From: an uncultured Actinomycetes bacterium
Lineage (GTDB): Bacteria > Actinomycetota > Acidimicrobiia > IMCC26256 > DASPTH01
Length of the DNA stretch: 64,000 nt
Direction of reading: 5' to 3'
Assembly: GCA_963815405.1 (NCBI GenBank)
Contig: CAWFGR010000008.1
Location: 384,316 to 448,315, forward strand
Part shown: positions 1 to 9,870 of the stretch, one piece after another
Numbering within the stretch: position 1 is the first letter of the stretch
Layout: each line of letters starts with the position of its first letter
The notes under the pieces: model-generated
What the model saw: only the letters and a program-made list of their open reading frames with translations
Told to the model about the DNA's origin: nothing
The model's database searches: none
Translations under genes and position numbers: made by a program

Positions 1-97
1 CATCGCGCCGGCCGTCGCGTTCCTCGTCGGTGACGGCGGTCGCTACATCACCGGGCAGACTCTCATCGTCGACGGGGGCCGCTACACCTTTGCCTGA
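1..97 (+). CDS. 3' end of a short-chain dehydrogenase/reductase (SDR) gene; 5' part lies outside the window
   Basis: The frame starting at nt 2 reads IAPAVAFLVGDGGRYITGQTLIVDGGRYTFA, then TGA at 95-97. This is the canonical SDR C-terminus. Confidence 0.6.
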   Translation, partial: IAPAVAFLVGDGGRYITGQTLIVDGGRYTFA

Positions 98-158
98 CCT
101 CCGCGATCGCGTGTGGCCAGATCTCGGGGGCGAAACCGGAGCTCAGGAAAGAGGCAGC

Positions 159-1038
159 GTGGAACCGAGGACGATTCGGTTGGAAGGCTTCGAGGGCATT
201 CATCTCGTCGCCGACGTCTGGGGTGCGGACACGGACTGGCCGGTGCTCTTCATGCACGGAGGCGGCCAGACCCGTCACGCGTGGGGCAAGACGGCCGAGA
301 TCCTCGCCGGGCAGGGCTGGAAGGCGGTGACGCTCGACCTTCGTGGTCACGGCGACAGCGAGTGGTCGGAGAAGGGTGACTATTCGTTCACGTCGCTTGC
401 CGCCGACTGCATCGCCGTGTGTGACGAGTTGGGGAAGGCGCCCGTCCTCGTGGGTGCGTCGATGGGTGGTGTCACCGCCATCCTCGCCGAAGGTGGAAGC
501 GATCGGGACGTGGCGGCCGCGCTCGTGGTGGTCGACATCACCGGTCGGGCCAATCCCGAGGGCGTGGAGCGAATCCGCACGTTCATGGAGTCGGGCTTCG
601 ACGGCTTCGCCACGCTCGACGACGCGGCGGCCGCGATCGCGGCGTACACGCCGAACCGGCCCAAGCGGGTCAACCCCGCCGGCCTGATGAAGGTGCTGCG
701 CCAACGCGCCGACGGTCGCTGGTACTGGCACTGGGACCCGAAGATGCTGTCGCGGGCGCAACAGCGAGGTGCCGCGGCGAGAGCTGGAGGCAGTTTTCGA
801 GGCCGCATTGAGCGGCATCCACGTGCCGACGCTGCTCGTGCGCGGCGCCGAGAGCGACATCGTTACCGACGAGGGCGTCCACGACTTCCTCGCCAAGGTC
901 CCCAACTCGCGGGTCGTCGACGTCGGCGGTGCATCGCACATGGTCGCCGGTGATCAGAACGACGTCTTCTCGAAGGCGGTCATCGATTTCCTCGAGACGG
1001 ACGTACGGCCCACCCTCGCCCTTCGAGAGGGTCAGTAG
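159..1038 (+). CDS. Alpha/beta-fold hydrolase (apparent frameshift near 750-770)
   Basis: Track ORFs 30..953 and 769..1038 are two halves of one hydrolase. Motifs: HGGGQTRHAW, nucleophile elbow GASMGG, C-terminal GASHMVAGDQ. The likely GTG start at 159 follows GGAAAGAGG. Confidence 0.8.
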
Positions 1039-1493
1039 ACGCCGGCGTCGAGCTTGCGGTGATCCCAGCTCGCGACCCGCTCGGCCACGAACGTGACGGC
1101 GACCCGCTTGGCGCCGATGGCGCGCACGCGAGCGCGCTGCTCGTCGTCGAGCGCGCCGCCGTAGCGGGCTGAGATCAGCTCACCGATGCGCTGGACCTCG
1201 TCCCGGTCGCGGACGATGGTGGCAACTCCGCGCATCGACACGCCGCGCAGCTGGGAGTACTCGACACCTGCTTCCACGAGCAAGGTCATGCGCGGGTCAC
1301 GCGCGAGGTTCACGACCTTCTGGGACTTGGCGTAGGTCCAGAAGCTGATCGCATCGTCGATCACGGCGAACCACATCGGAGCGAGGTGTGGCATCCCGTC
1401 GGCGCCGACGGTCGCCACGATCAACGTCCGTTCCTCGTCGAGGAACGCCGCGATCTCCTCGTCGCTCATCACGATGTCCGCCCTGCGACTCAT
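1032..1493 (-). CDS. PPOX-class (pyridoxamine 5'-phosphate oxidase-like) probable F420-dependent enzyme
   Basis: 153-aa ORF with a split-barrel family pattern (LIVATVGADGMPHLAPMWF, RDPRMTLLVE). Confidence 0.75.
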   Translation of the reverse strand: MSRRADIVMSDEEIAAFLDEERTLIVATVGADGMPHLAPMWFAVIDDAISFWTYAKSQKVVNLARDPRMTLLVEAGVEYSQLRGVSMRGVATIVRDRDEVQRIGELISARYGGALDDEQRARVRAIGAKRVAVTFVAERVASWDHRKLDAGVY

Positions 1494-1646
1494 GGGCGGA
1501 GCGTACCGAGGGATCGCGTCTCAGGCGCGTTCATCTCGGCGATGATGCCCGCAGTGTCGTTGAAGTCCTGGTTGCACGTGAGCTGCCGACCGATCGACGG
1601 GCGGCGCCGAGCACGACCACGAACATGATGTGCGCGTCGGTGCGCG

Positions 1647-2420
1647 TCAGGTCGTCGGCCCGATGGTGGCGATGATGTCCAGGACGGGGCCGCCAAGCTC
1701 CCGACGGCAGATGAGCAGGTCGGGAAGCCAGGGGTGGGGTTGGTTGTATCGCAGCGGCGAGCCGTCGATGCGGGAGACGTGGAGCCCGGTCGCGGCGGCC
1801 ACGCCCACCGGCGCAGCGGAGTCCCATTCCCACTGGCCGCCGGCATGCACGTAGATGTCGGCGTCGCCGAGCACGACCGCCATCGCCTTCGCGCCCGCCG
1901 AACCCATCGGGACGAGCTCGGCGCCGAGCACCGCCGTGAGGTGCTCGGCGAGTTGCGGTGGCCGGGTGCGACTCACCGCGATGCGCGGCGGCCCGAGGCC
2001 GAGCGGCGGGAGTGACGGTGGCTCGTCCATCCGGAGCGTGAGGCCGCGGGCGGGCAGGGCGACGGCCGCGGCCTGCACCGCCTTCTCGACGACGAACGCG
2101 ACATGGACCGCCCAGTCGGTGCGACCGGGCTCGCCGAACTCGCGGGTGCCGTCGAGCGGGTCGACGATCCATGCGTGGTCGGACCCGGCTCGGCCCGGGT
2201 CGTCGTCGCCCTCCTCCGAGAGGATGGGATCGGACGGCCGGAGGCGGGCGAGCTCCCCGACGATCAGGTCGTGCGACCGGCGGTCGCCCTCCGCCCGGAC
2301 GGCGCCAGCATCGTGGTCGGCGTCGTCGAGCTGGCGCCGGATGTCGAGGAGCAGGTCGCCGGCGCTCGTCGCGATGGTTGCCGCCACCGCGTGCGCCCCG
2401 GAAAGATCCAGATCGGCCAT
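1647..2420 (-). CDS. cysQ: 3'(2'),5'-bisphosphate nucleotidase CysQ (inositol monophosphatase fold)
   Basis: This is the last 258 aa of track ORF 1647..3038, from ATG at 2420. Motifs: WIVDPLDGTREF, GSAGAKAMAV, HAGGQWEWDSAAP. It closely resembles mycobacterial CysQ (from memory). Confidence 0.85.
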   Translation of the reverse strand: MADLDLSGAHAVAATIATSAGDLLLDIRRQLDDADHDAGAVRAEGDRRSHDLIVGELARLRPSDPILSEEGDDDPGRAGSDHAWIVDPLDGTREFGEPGRTDWAVHVAFVVEKAVQAAAVALPARGLTLRMDEPPSLPPLGLGPPRIAVSRTRPPQLAEHLTAVLGAELVPMGSAGAKAMAVVLGDADIYVHAGGQWEWDSAAPVGVAAATGLHVSRIDGSPLRYNQPHPWLPDLLICRRELGGPVLDIIATIGPTT

Positions 2421-2448
2421 TCCGGGGACGCTATTGCACAATGGTGGC

Positions 2449-2907
2449 GTGTCGAGTTCTTCGCGGGCCGCGACGCTTGCTTTCGCGGCCGACGTCGCCG
2501 TCGTGGTCGCGTTCGTCGTCATCGGGCGTCGCAACCACCATGCGGATGCCGGGATCGACGGCTTCGTGCGGGTTGCGTGGCCGTTCGCGGTCGCGCTGGG
2601 CGCGGCATGGGCGGCCTGCCGCGTCTGGGACTGCCCGACCGCCTGGCGGCGCGCGGCGCCGGCATGGCTGGCGACGGTCGCGCTGGGCATGACGCTGCGA
2701 ATCGCAGTCGAAGGACGTGCGTTCAAGCCGTCGTTCGTGATCGTCGCGACCACGTTCCTCGGACTCGGGATGCTCGGATGGCGGGCGATCAGCTCGCAGT
2801 GGCGAGCGCGGCAACCAGCGCGTCGCGGTCGTCGGCGCGGTGCGCACGTCGACGCTGCATCGCCCGATCGACGAGCAGGGAGATTCCGAAGATCATCGTC
2901 GCGATGA
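2449..2907 (+). CDS. DUF3054-family membrane protein
   Basis: GTG 2449 lies in the frame of track ORF 1855..2907. It has four predicted TM helices and an IGRRNHH motif. The last 119 nt overlap the convergent PAP2 gene, so the stop is uncertain. Confidence 0.6.
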   Translation: MSSSSRAATLAFAADVAVVVAFVVIGRRNHHADAGIDGFVRVAWPFAVALGAAWAACRVWDCPTAWRRAAPAWLATVALGMTLRIAVEGRAFKPSFVIVATTFLGLGMLGWRAISSQWRARQPARRGRRRGAHVDAASPDRRAGRFRRSSSR

Positions 2908-3637
2908 TCGCGTCCAGCCAGTAGTGGTTCGCGGTCAGCACGATCGCCGCGAGGGTGAAGACCGGATGCAGGAGGGCGCCCCATCGGAGGCGCGAGCGAC
3001 CGAAGTGGATGACACCCCACGCGACGAGCACGGCCCACCCGAAGTGCAGCGACGGCATCGCCGCGAACTGGTTCGCGACGCCACCGAACACGCTGTGACG
3101 CCCGTACACGCTCGGTCCGATCAGCCGCGCCGTGTCGACGAAACCGAGTGGGCGGTACATCCGCGGTGGGGCGAGCGGATACAGCAGGTGAACGGTGAGC
3201 CCGACCATCGTCATCGTGATCAGGACGGCGCGCGCCCGGCGATACGGCTCAGGGTGCCGGACGAAGAGCCATACGAGGAATGCCGCGGTGACCGTGAAGT
3301 CCGCGAGCAGGTAGTACTGGTTCAAGAAGCGGACCACCGTCTCGCTCCGCAGCGCGACACGCTGGAGCCCGGTCTCCGTGAAGATGCCGAGCGCGCGCTC
3401 GAGGTGCATCACCTGATAGCCGTGCTGGAGAGCCTGGCTGACCCGGTCGGCCGACAGCAGCCGCACCGTCTTGTAGAAGAGGAGCAACGACGACAGAAGG
3501 CCGATCTCGGCGAGGAGTTGACGCCCGACCCGGCTGTCCCACCATCGCCGCAGCCGCGACCGGGCGTCGCCTGGGGCGCGACGCGTGCGCACAGGTGTCT
3601 GACGCATCGGCTCGCCTGGCACGTACAACTCGCGCAA
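2789..3637 (-). CDS. PAP2-family membrane phosphatase / phosphotransferase (PAP2_C-like)
   Basis: 282-aa multi-TM ORF with PSLHFGW and ANHYWLD motifs. Confidence 0.75.
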   Translation of the reverse strand: MRELYVPGEPMRQTPVRTRRAPGDARSRLRRWWDSRVGRQLLAEIGLLSSLLLFYKTVRLLSADRVSQALQHGYQVMHLERALGIFTETGLQRVALRSETVVRFLNQYYLLADFTVTAAFLVWLFVRHPEPYRRARAVLITMTMVGLTVHLLYPLAPPRMYRPLGFVDTARLIGPSVYGRHSVFGGVANQFAAMPSLHFGWAVLVAWGVIHFGRSRLRWGALLHPVFTLAAIVLTANHYWLDAIIATMIFGISLLVDRAMQRRRAHRADDRDALVAALATAS

Positions 3638-3815
3638 TGGTCCCCCGCAAGGCTCCGTGCTGGACGTGCTGCTCCAAGTCTGTCGTGTCCGAACACGATC
3701 GGCAACGGCCTTTGTTCCCCTTCGGACCGGCGGGCCGCCAGGCCCTCGACTTGACAGTGATCTCGCCGGCGGTTGGGATCGACCGGGCCCAGCACGCGAT
3801 CCGCGAGGAGCTTCC

Positions 3816-4283
3816 GTGACCGACCGTGAAGAGATCCAGGACGTATTGACGCGGTACGCGCTCGGTGTGGATCGTCAGGATCTCGAGCTGCTCGCAGCGA
3901 GCTTCACCGACGACGTGCACATCGAGCTGGAAGGGACCGGCGACATCGTCGGCATGCGGCAGCTGCGGGCCGTCTTCGGCGGGTGGGCGGGGCTCTCGAG
4001 CATGCCCGGGCTCGAGACCTTCGAGCTCGTCGTGAGCACGCACACGATCGGGATGATCCTGTTCGAGATCCATGACGACGTTGCGAACACCGAGAGCTAC
4101 TGCACGGTGCAGCTTGTGGGCCGGCGCGGCGCGGAGAACATCGCCCTCGTCCGTGGCATCCGCTATCTCGACGAGCTCACACGAGGTGCCGACGGCTGGA
4201 AGATCCGGAAGCGCTATCACTCCGTCGACTGGATGTACGAGGCTCCCGCGTCGATCATGTCGACGACGCGTCTCGAACGTTGA
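3816..4283 (+). CDS. SnoaL-like / NTF2-fold protein
   Basis: GTG 3816 follows GAGGAG. The N-terminal EEIQDVLTRYALGVDRQDLELL pattern is typical of SnoaL_4 proteins. Confidence 0.65.
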   Translation: MTDREEIQDVLTRYALGVDRQDLELLAASFTDDVHIELEGTGDIVGMRQLRAVFGGWAGLSSMPGLETFELVVSTHTIGMILFEIHDDVANTESYCTVQLVGRRGAENIALVRGIRYLDELTRGADGWKIRKRYHSVDWMYEAPASIMSTTRLER

Positions 4284-4317
4284 GCCCGCGCGGGCATCTC
4301 TCAGAGGAGGCCTCATC

Positions 4318-4770
4318 ATGAGCAGCCGAACGATCATCGTGGGTCTCGACGGCTCGCCGGGATCGGACGCGGCGGGGCGGTGGTGCATCGACGTCGCCGG
4401 CTTGCTCGACGCCGAGATCATCGCCGTGTACGCGTTGCCGCCGATGATCGAAGTCGTGCCCGCAGCCGGCGCTGGGACCATCGGCTTCTTCGACGAGAAC
4501 CTCCGAGGCGAGCTCGAGCAGTCCCTGCACACGTGGTGCGCGCCGATCCGTGCCGCGGGCGTCCCGTGCCGCGAGGAGCTGCTCGACGGAAGTCCGGCAG
4601 AGGTCCTCATCCGCGTCGCCGAGGACGTGCATGCCGTGATGATCGTCGTCGGTCGGCGCGGCCACGGTGTGTTCGCCGAGCTGCTGCTCGGCAGCGTGCC
4701 CCATCGGCTCACTCACCATGCGCCGTGTCCGGTGGTCGTGGTCCCCGCGGTGCAGGGTTCTGCGTCTTGA
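4318..4770 (+). CDS. Universal stress protein (UspA family)
   Basis: ATG 4318. Motifs: TIIVGLDGSPGS and VVGRRGHG..LLGSVPHRLTHHAPCPVVVV. Confidence 0.85.
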   Translation: MSSRTIIVGLDGSPGSDAAGRWCIDVAGLLDAEIIAVYALPPMIEVVPAAGAGTIGFFDENLRGELEQSLHTWCAPIRAAGVPCREELLDGSPAEVLIRVAEDVHAVMIVVGRRGHGVFAELLLGSVPHRLTHHAPCPVVVVPAVQGSAS

Positions 4771-6314
4771 TCGACGATCGTCGCAGTGAAGATCTGGTCA
4801 TCCGGTCGGTGTTGGAGCGCCGCGCCGCGGCCACGCCCGCCGACCTGTTCGCGGTCTTTCCGGCCGAGCGGGTCCGCTGGACCTGGGCCGACGCGGATCG
4901 CACTGCCAACCGCGCCGCGCGCGCATTGGAGGGACTGGGCATCGGGCGCGGCGATGTCGTCGCCACCCTTGCGGCCAACGGGTCGCTCGTGTTCGAGGCC
5001 CTGCTCGGCGCCGCGAAGCTCGGCGCGGTCATCAGTCCGCTGAACCCCGCGTTGCGTGGTGCGTTGCTCCAGCACGCGTTGACGATCGCCGACGCCAAGG
5101 TCGTCGTCTGCGATGCCCAGACCGTCGACACGGCACGTGCGCTCGATCTCGGACTCGCCGTGACGTCGCGCGGCGAACCCGACGGCTGGGACGTGCGGAT
5201 GGGCCGCGCGTCCGAGATCGCTCCCGAGGATCCGGGTCTCGGCTTCTGGGAGCCGTACGGGATCATCATGACCTCGGGGACGACCGGGCCGTCCAAGGGC
5301 GTGCTCTCGTCGTCGGCGCATCTCTTCGCGACCGTCGAGGACGCGATGCTCCCGTACGTCGACGCGCGCGACGTGCTGCTCTGCGATGTTCCGATGTTCC
5401 ACGTGAGCGGTCTCATCGCGCTCGAGTCCGCATTGCAGCGCGGCGCATCGCTCGTCGTGCCCCCGCGCATGGAAGCCGACGGGTACTGGGAGCGTGCGCG
5501 GGAGCACGGCGTGACGCACGCCATCTTCATGCCCGCGCTGGCGATGCAACTCGCCGCGGGCCCGCCGTCATCCGCCGACCGGGACCACGTGGTCCGCACG
5601 GCCCTGTCCGGGCCGGCGTGGACGGGCTGGGAGGCGTTCTTCGAGCGGTTCGGGATCGAGTGCGCCTACACCTTCTTCAACATGACCGAGATCTCGTCGC
5701 CCCTGGTGCGTCACCGGGGCGACGGAACGAACCCGGACGGGGTCGGTCGCCTCCGGGCCGGGGCCGAGGCCCGTATCGTCGACGAGCACGACCAGGAGCT
5801 CGGGACGGGCGAGGTCGGCGAGTTGATCGTCCGCACCGACCTGGCGTGGTCGATGAACAGCGGGTACGTCAACATGCCCGACGCGACTGCCGCGGCCTGG
5901 CGCAACGGGTGGTTCCACACGGGCGACCTGTTTCGGTGCGACGCCCTCGGTGACTACTTCTACGTGGACCGACTCAAGGACGCAGTGCGGCGCAACGGCG
6001 AGAACATCTCGTCGTTCGAGATCGAGCGGGAGATCTCACGGCACCCCGACGTGGCCGAGGTGGCAGTCGTCGGCGCCGCCGACGAGCGCGTGGGGGAGGA
6101 GGTGCTCGCGTTCGTCGTGGCCCGGGCGGGCAGGACGATCGGACCCGACCAGGTGTTCGAGTTCCTGGGGCCGCTGCTCCCGCGCTTCATGCTCCCGCGG
6201 TACGTCGAGATCCTCGACGCGCTGCCGCGGAGCGCCATCGGCAAGGTCGAGAAGACGCAGCTCCGTGCGCGAGGCGTCGGGCCGGGCAGCTGGGATCGGC
6301 GTACGTCGTCGTGA
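4767..6314 (+). CDS. AMP-dependent acyl-CoA synthetase/ligase
   Basis: Lies within track ORF 4380..6314. TTG 4767 is a plausible start (GTG 4809 is an alternative). Motifs: IMTSGTTGPSKGV, WFHTGD, LPRSAIGKVEK. Confidence 0.85.
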   Translation: MIDDRRSEDLVIRSVLERRAAATPADLFAVFPAERVRWTWADADRTANRAARALEGLGIGRGDVVATLAANGSLVFEALLGAAKLGAVISPLNPALRGALLQHALTIADAKVVVCDAQTVDTARALDLGLAVTSRGEPDGWDVRMGRASEIAPEDPGLGFWEPYGIIMTSGTTGPSKGVLSSSAHLFATVEDAMLPYVDARDVLLCDVPMFHVSGLIALESALQRGASLVVPPRMEADGYWERAREHGVTHAIFMPALAMQLAAGPPSSADRDHVVRTALSGPAWTGWEAFFERFGIECAYTFFNMTEISSPLVRHRGDGTNPDGVGRLRAGAEARIVDEHDQELGTGEVGELIVRTDLAWSMNSGYVNMPDATAAAWRNGWFHTGDLFRCDALGDYFYVDRLKDAVRRNGENISSFEIEREISRHPDVAEVAVVGAADERVGEEVLAFVVARAGRTIGPDQVFEFLGPLLPRFMLPRYVEILDALPRSAIGKVEKTQLRARGVGPGSWDRRTSS

Positions 6315-6359
6315 GGCGGGGCCCGCCGGGTGGGACGGGCGCGGGCAGCGACGCTAGAA

Positions 6360-7433
6360 ATGGTCTCCATGGCGAACGAGCCCACCACCGTCTTGAAGAT
6401 CGACGGCGACCTCGAACGTGCCCGGGGCAGCTTGCAGGAGATCCGCACCAAGGCTCAGGCCCTCGAAGCGGCCGGCTACGCGGGGGTCACCGCGGCAGAG
6501 ACTGGTCATGACCCCTTCCTGGGGCTGATCGTCGCCGCCGACCACACCGATCATCTCGAGGTCGGCACCACGATCGCGGTCGCATTCGCGCGCAATCCCA
6601 TGACGGTTGCGTACTCGGGCTACGACATGGCGCGCCTCACGCAGGGCCGGTTCTTCCTCGGCTTGGGTAGCCAGGTGAAGGCGCACGTCGAGCGCAGGTA
6701 TTCGATGCCGTGGTCGCGCCCCGCGGCCCGTATGCGCGAGTTCGTGCTGGCGCTCCACGCGATCTGGGACTCCTGGGAACACGACGCGAAGCTCGACTTC
6801 CAAGGCGAGTTCTACCGCCACACGCTCATGTCGCCGTTCTTCGCGGGTGGCGAGAACCCCCACGGCCGGCCCCGAGTCTTCGTCGCCGCCGTCGGGCCGC
6901 ACATGATGGAAGCGGTCGGTGAGGTCGCCGACGGCCTCATGGTCCACGGCTTCAACACCGAGGCGTACCTCCGTGAGCGCAGCATCCCGGCGCTCGAGCG
7001 GGGCCGTGCCCGTTCTGGCCGCTCGAGCGAGGGCTTCGAGCTCTCGGCGCAGATGTTCGTCGCGACGGGCGAGACCGAAGAGGAGATGGCCGGAGCCAAG
7101 CGCGGCGTGCGCGGGCAGATCGCGTTCTACGGGTCGACGCCGGCGTATCGCGACGTGCTGGACGTCCACGGCTGGGGTGACCTGCAGACGGAGCTCAACG
7201 CGCTGGCCAAGGAAGGAGCATGGGACCGCATGGGTGACCTCATCGACGACGAGATGCTCGACGCGTTCGCGATCGTGGGAGAGCCGGGCGAGATCGCGCG
7301 GAAGATGACCGACCGCTACGGCACGCTGCTCCACCGGATCAGCTTCAACACGCCGTACCCCGTGAGCCAGGCGGTGCTCGACGGCATCGTCGCGAACCTC
7401 GCCGCGCTCAGAGCAACGGGGAGTGCCCAATGA
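6360..7433 (+). CDS. LLM-class F420-dependent oxidoreductase (TIGR03617-like)
   Basis: ATG 6360. Luciferase-like fold with motifs GLGSQVKAHVERRY and IAFYGSTPAYR. Confidence 0.85.
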   Translation: MVSMANEPTTVLKIDGDLERARGSLQEIRTKAQALEAAGYAGVTAAETGHDPFLGLIVAADHTDHLEVGTTIAVAFARNPMTVAYSGYDMARLTQGRFFLGLGSQVKAHVERRYSMPWSRPAARMREFVLALHAIWDSWEHDAKLDFQGEFYRHTLMSPFFAGGENPHGRPRVFVAAVGPHMMEAVGEVADGLMVHGFNTEAYLRERSIPALERGRARSGRSSEGFELSAQMFVATGETEEEMAGAKRGVRGQIAFYGSTPAYRDVLDVHGWGDLQTELNALAKEGAWDRMGDLIDDEMLDAFAIVGEPGEIARKMTDRYGTLLHRISFNTPYPVSQAVLDGIVANLAALRATGSAQ

Positions 7434-8293
7434 GCACCGTCGGTGTCGTCGGCCTGGGTGCGATGGGCGGTGCAGTCGCTGAGCGGATTGTCGGGAGTGG
7501 CTTCGCGACCTCGGTGTATGACGTCGATGCGACAGCCGTGGATCGTCTCGTCGCGGTGGGCGCGACCGCAGCGACCATCCCGTCGATTGCGCAGTGCGAC
7601 ATCGTCGTCACGTCGCTGCCGTCGGACGCCATCGTGCGATCGGTGCTGCTGGACGGCGGTCTCCTGACTGCGATGGGGAGCAGTGTGCTCATCGAGCTCA
7701 GCACGATCTTGCCCACGACGATGCGAGAGCTCGCCGCGGCCGCCCGTGACGTCGCGGTCGTCGACGCGCCTGTGAGCGGAGGTCCGATGGAGGCACGCGC
7801 GGGTGCGCTCACCCTCCTCGTCGGCGCGACCGACGCGAACCTCGAACGCGCGCACCCGGTGCTCGAGGTCCTCGGCGCGATCGAGCACGTAGGTTCGGTC
7901 GGCGACGGAAAGGTCGTGAAGCTCGTCAACAACCTCATGACGATGGGCAACATCGCGGTGGCCGCCGAGGCATTCGAGCTGGGCGTGTCGCTCGGCCTGG
8001 ACCCGCGCCGGATGTTCGACGTGCTCAACCGCTCGGGTGGGCGATCGCAGCACTTCACGAAGCGCATGCCGTGGGTGCTCGACCGCGACTTCGAAGCTCG
8101 GTTCGCGCTCGCGCTCGGCGAGAAGGATGTACGCCTCGGCCTGGAGCTCGCGCACGCGAGTGGATATGTGATGCCAGTCGCCGCGTGTGTCCACCAGCTC
8201 TACGAGATGGGCATCGCGAAGGGACTCGGGCGAGAAGACGTCGTGTCCGTGATCAAGCTCTACGAGGACTGGGCGGGAGAGCACCGCACGTGA
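7430..8293 (+). CDS. NAD(P)-dependent oxidoreductase, 3-hydroxyisobutyrate dehydrogenase family
   Basis: The ATG overlaps the upstream stop (ATGA). It has a VGVVGLGAMGGAVA Rossmann motif and the conserved GDGKVVKLVNN segment. Confidence 0.85.
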   Translation: MSTVGVVGLGAMGGAVAERIVGSGFATSVYDVDATAVDRLVAVGATAATIPSIAQCDIVVTSLPSDAIVRSVLLDGGLLTAMGSSVLIELSTILPTTMRELAAAARDVAVVDAPVSGGPMEARAGALTLLVGATDANLERAHPVLEVLGAIEHVGSVGDGKVVKLVNNLMTMGNIAVAAEAFELGVSLGLDPRRMFDVLNRSGGRSQHFTKRMPWVLDRDFEARFALALGEKDVRLGLELAHASGYVMPVAACVHQLYEMGIAKGLGREDVVSVIKLYEDWAGEHRT

Positions 8294-9083
8294 CTGCCGC
8301 GGACGCCTGGGATCCGGCCCAGTACCACCGCTTCCGCTCCGAGCGATCCCAGCCGTTCTTCGATCTCCTCGAGCTCGTGCAGGCCGGCGCAGCGCCGCCA
8401 CGGGTCGTCGATCTCGGCTGCGGCACGGGTGAGCTGACCGCCGCTGCGCACCGGCGGCTCCAGGCGCGCGAGACCGTCGGGATCGACCGCTCCGACGCGA
8501 TGCTCGCAGAGGCACACCAGCTCGAGGTCGCGGGCTTGGAGTTCCGCGCCGGTGATATCGCCGCATTGCGGGAGCCCGACGGCGGCTACGACGTCGTGCT
8601 CTCCAACGCCGCGCTGCACTGGGTGCCCGACCACCCGCGCGTCCTGGCGCGCTGGGCGCGGCTCCTCGCGCCTGGGGGACAGCTGGCGGTGCAGCTCCCG
8701 GCGAATTCGGAGCCATCCGTCGCACCGGGTGGCCGCGCAGCTCGCGCTCGACGAGCCGTTCGCCGAGGCGCTCGGGTCGTCCTTTGTCGATCCGTCGTCG
8801 TGGTCGCTGCCGGCCGAGGCATACGCCGAGCTGCTCGACGTGCTGGGGTTCGAGGAGCAGCACGTGCGACTCCAGGTGTACGGCCATCGTCTCGAGTCGA
8901 CGGACGAGGTCGTGGGGTGGGTACAGGGGACCACGCTCACTCGCGTGCCGCGCCGCGTTGCCGGCGTCGCTGTACGACGAGTTCGTGCGTCGCTACCGGG
9001 AGCGCTTGCTCGACGTGTTGGGGGACCGACGGCCCTACCTCTACCCGTTCAAGCGGATCCTCTTCTGGGGCCGCCTCGGTTGA
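8290..9083 (+). CDS. tam: Trans-aconitate 2-methyltransferase (two apparent frameshifts)
   Basis: The GTG overlaps the upstream stop (GTGA). Motifs: WDPAQYHRFRSERSQPFFDLL, VVDLGCGTGE, NAALHWVPDH. Track ORFs 8071.., 8552.. and 8784.. must be joined at ~8712 and ~8948, each at an extra C. Confidence 0.8.
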
Positions 9084-9303
9084 CCGGCGCCGATGGGGCT
9101 TGCTGTCACCGTCGGCGCGGGTTGACTCGTTCGCTTGCCGGGTATCGGCATCCCGTGACCTTCTACGAATCGAACCGCGAAGTGCTCCCGGTGGGAGAGG
9201 AGCCGGCAGAGTTCCTCGAAGAGCCGGAGCCGTCCGCCCCGTCTCGTCATGAGGCCGCGGACGCCGATGAAGGCGTGCCGTGTGCCCCAGAGGAGCCGCG
9301 GCC

Positions 9304-9762
9304 ATGAGCCAGCGGCCGGTGCTCATGCCGAGCGAGGTGTCGAGCCGGCTCGGCTTTTTCGACACGTTTGCCGGCTGGTCGGCACTCGTTGCGAGCCGCG
9401 CCTCCTTCTTCGGGCTCTGCGTGCTGCTCATCGTGGTCTGGGTTCCGACGGTCGTCGTGATCCACAGCCTGGACACGTGGCAGCTGGTCATCAACACCCT
9501 GACGACGATCATCACCTTCCTGATGGTCGCGCTGTTGCAGAACAGCCAGACCCGCAGCGACCAGGCGATCCAGCACAAGCTCAACGCCATCGCCGATGGC
9601 CTCGCCGACCTCATGGCATCGTTGGCGAGCGACCAGCACCCAAGCGACAGCCTGGTGACGGATCTCCGCGAGCTGCGCGAGGCGGTAGGGCTGGAGACGC
9701 ACGAGAGCACCACGCGCAACCGGCGCGACGGGGTTGGCGCGAACAGCGGAGCGCGCGGCTGA
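9304..9762 (+). CDS. Low-affinity iron permease family membrane protein
   Basis: ATG 9304. It has two TM helices and a TWQLVINTLTTIITFLMVALLQNSQ motif (Fet4-like family). Confidence 0.7.
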   Translation: MSQRPVLMPSEVSSRLGFFDTFAGWSALVASRASFFGLCVLLIVVWVPTVVVIHSLDTWQLVINTLTTIITFLMVALLQNSQTRSDQAIQHKLNAIADGLADLMASLASDQHPSDSLVTDLRELREAVGLETHESTTRNRRDGVGANSGARG

Positions 9763-9870
9763 CGTCAAGGCGGTAGCCAAGGGCGCCGAGGCACCTGCAT
9801 TCCCGCCACCCTTGCGCACGTTGGAGCGGCGTGATTGTGCAAGTCGCCGCGTGGCGGGCATGCTCAAGGC

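Noticed and set aside
2789-2907. 119-nt convergent overlap of the DUF3054 and PAP2 genes as a regulatory antisense arrangement
   Set aside because: The more likely explanation is an overextended 3' end of the DUF3054 ORF. Its Arg-rich tail looks non-coding, possibly because of an indel removing the true stop.
7316-8887. 523-aa minus-strand ORF
   Set aside because: It is antisense to the HIBADH-type and tam genes, with Arg/Ala/Pro-rich composition.
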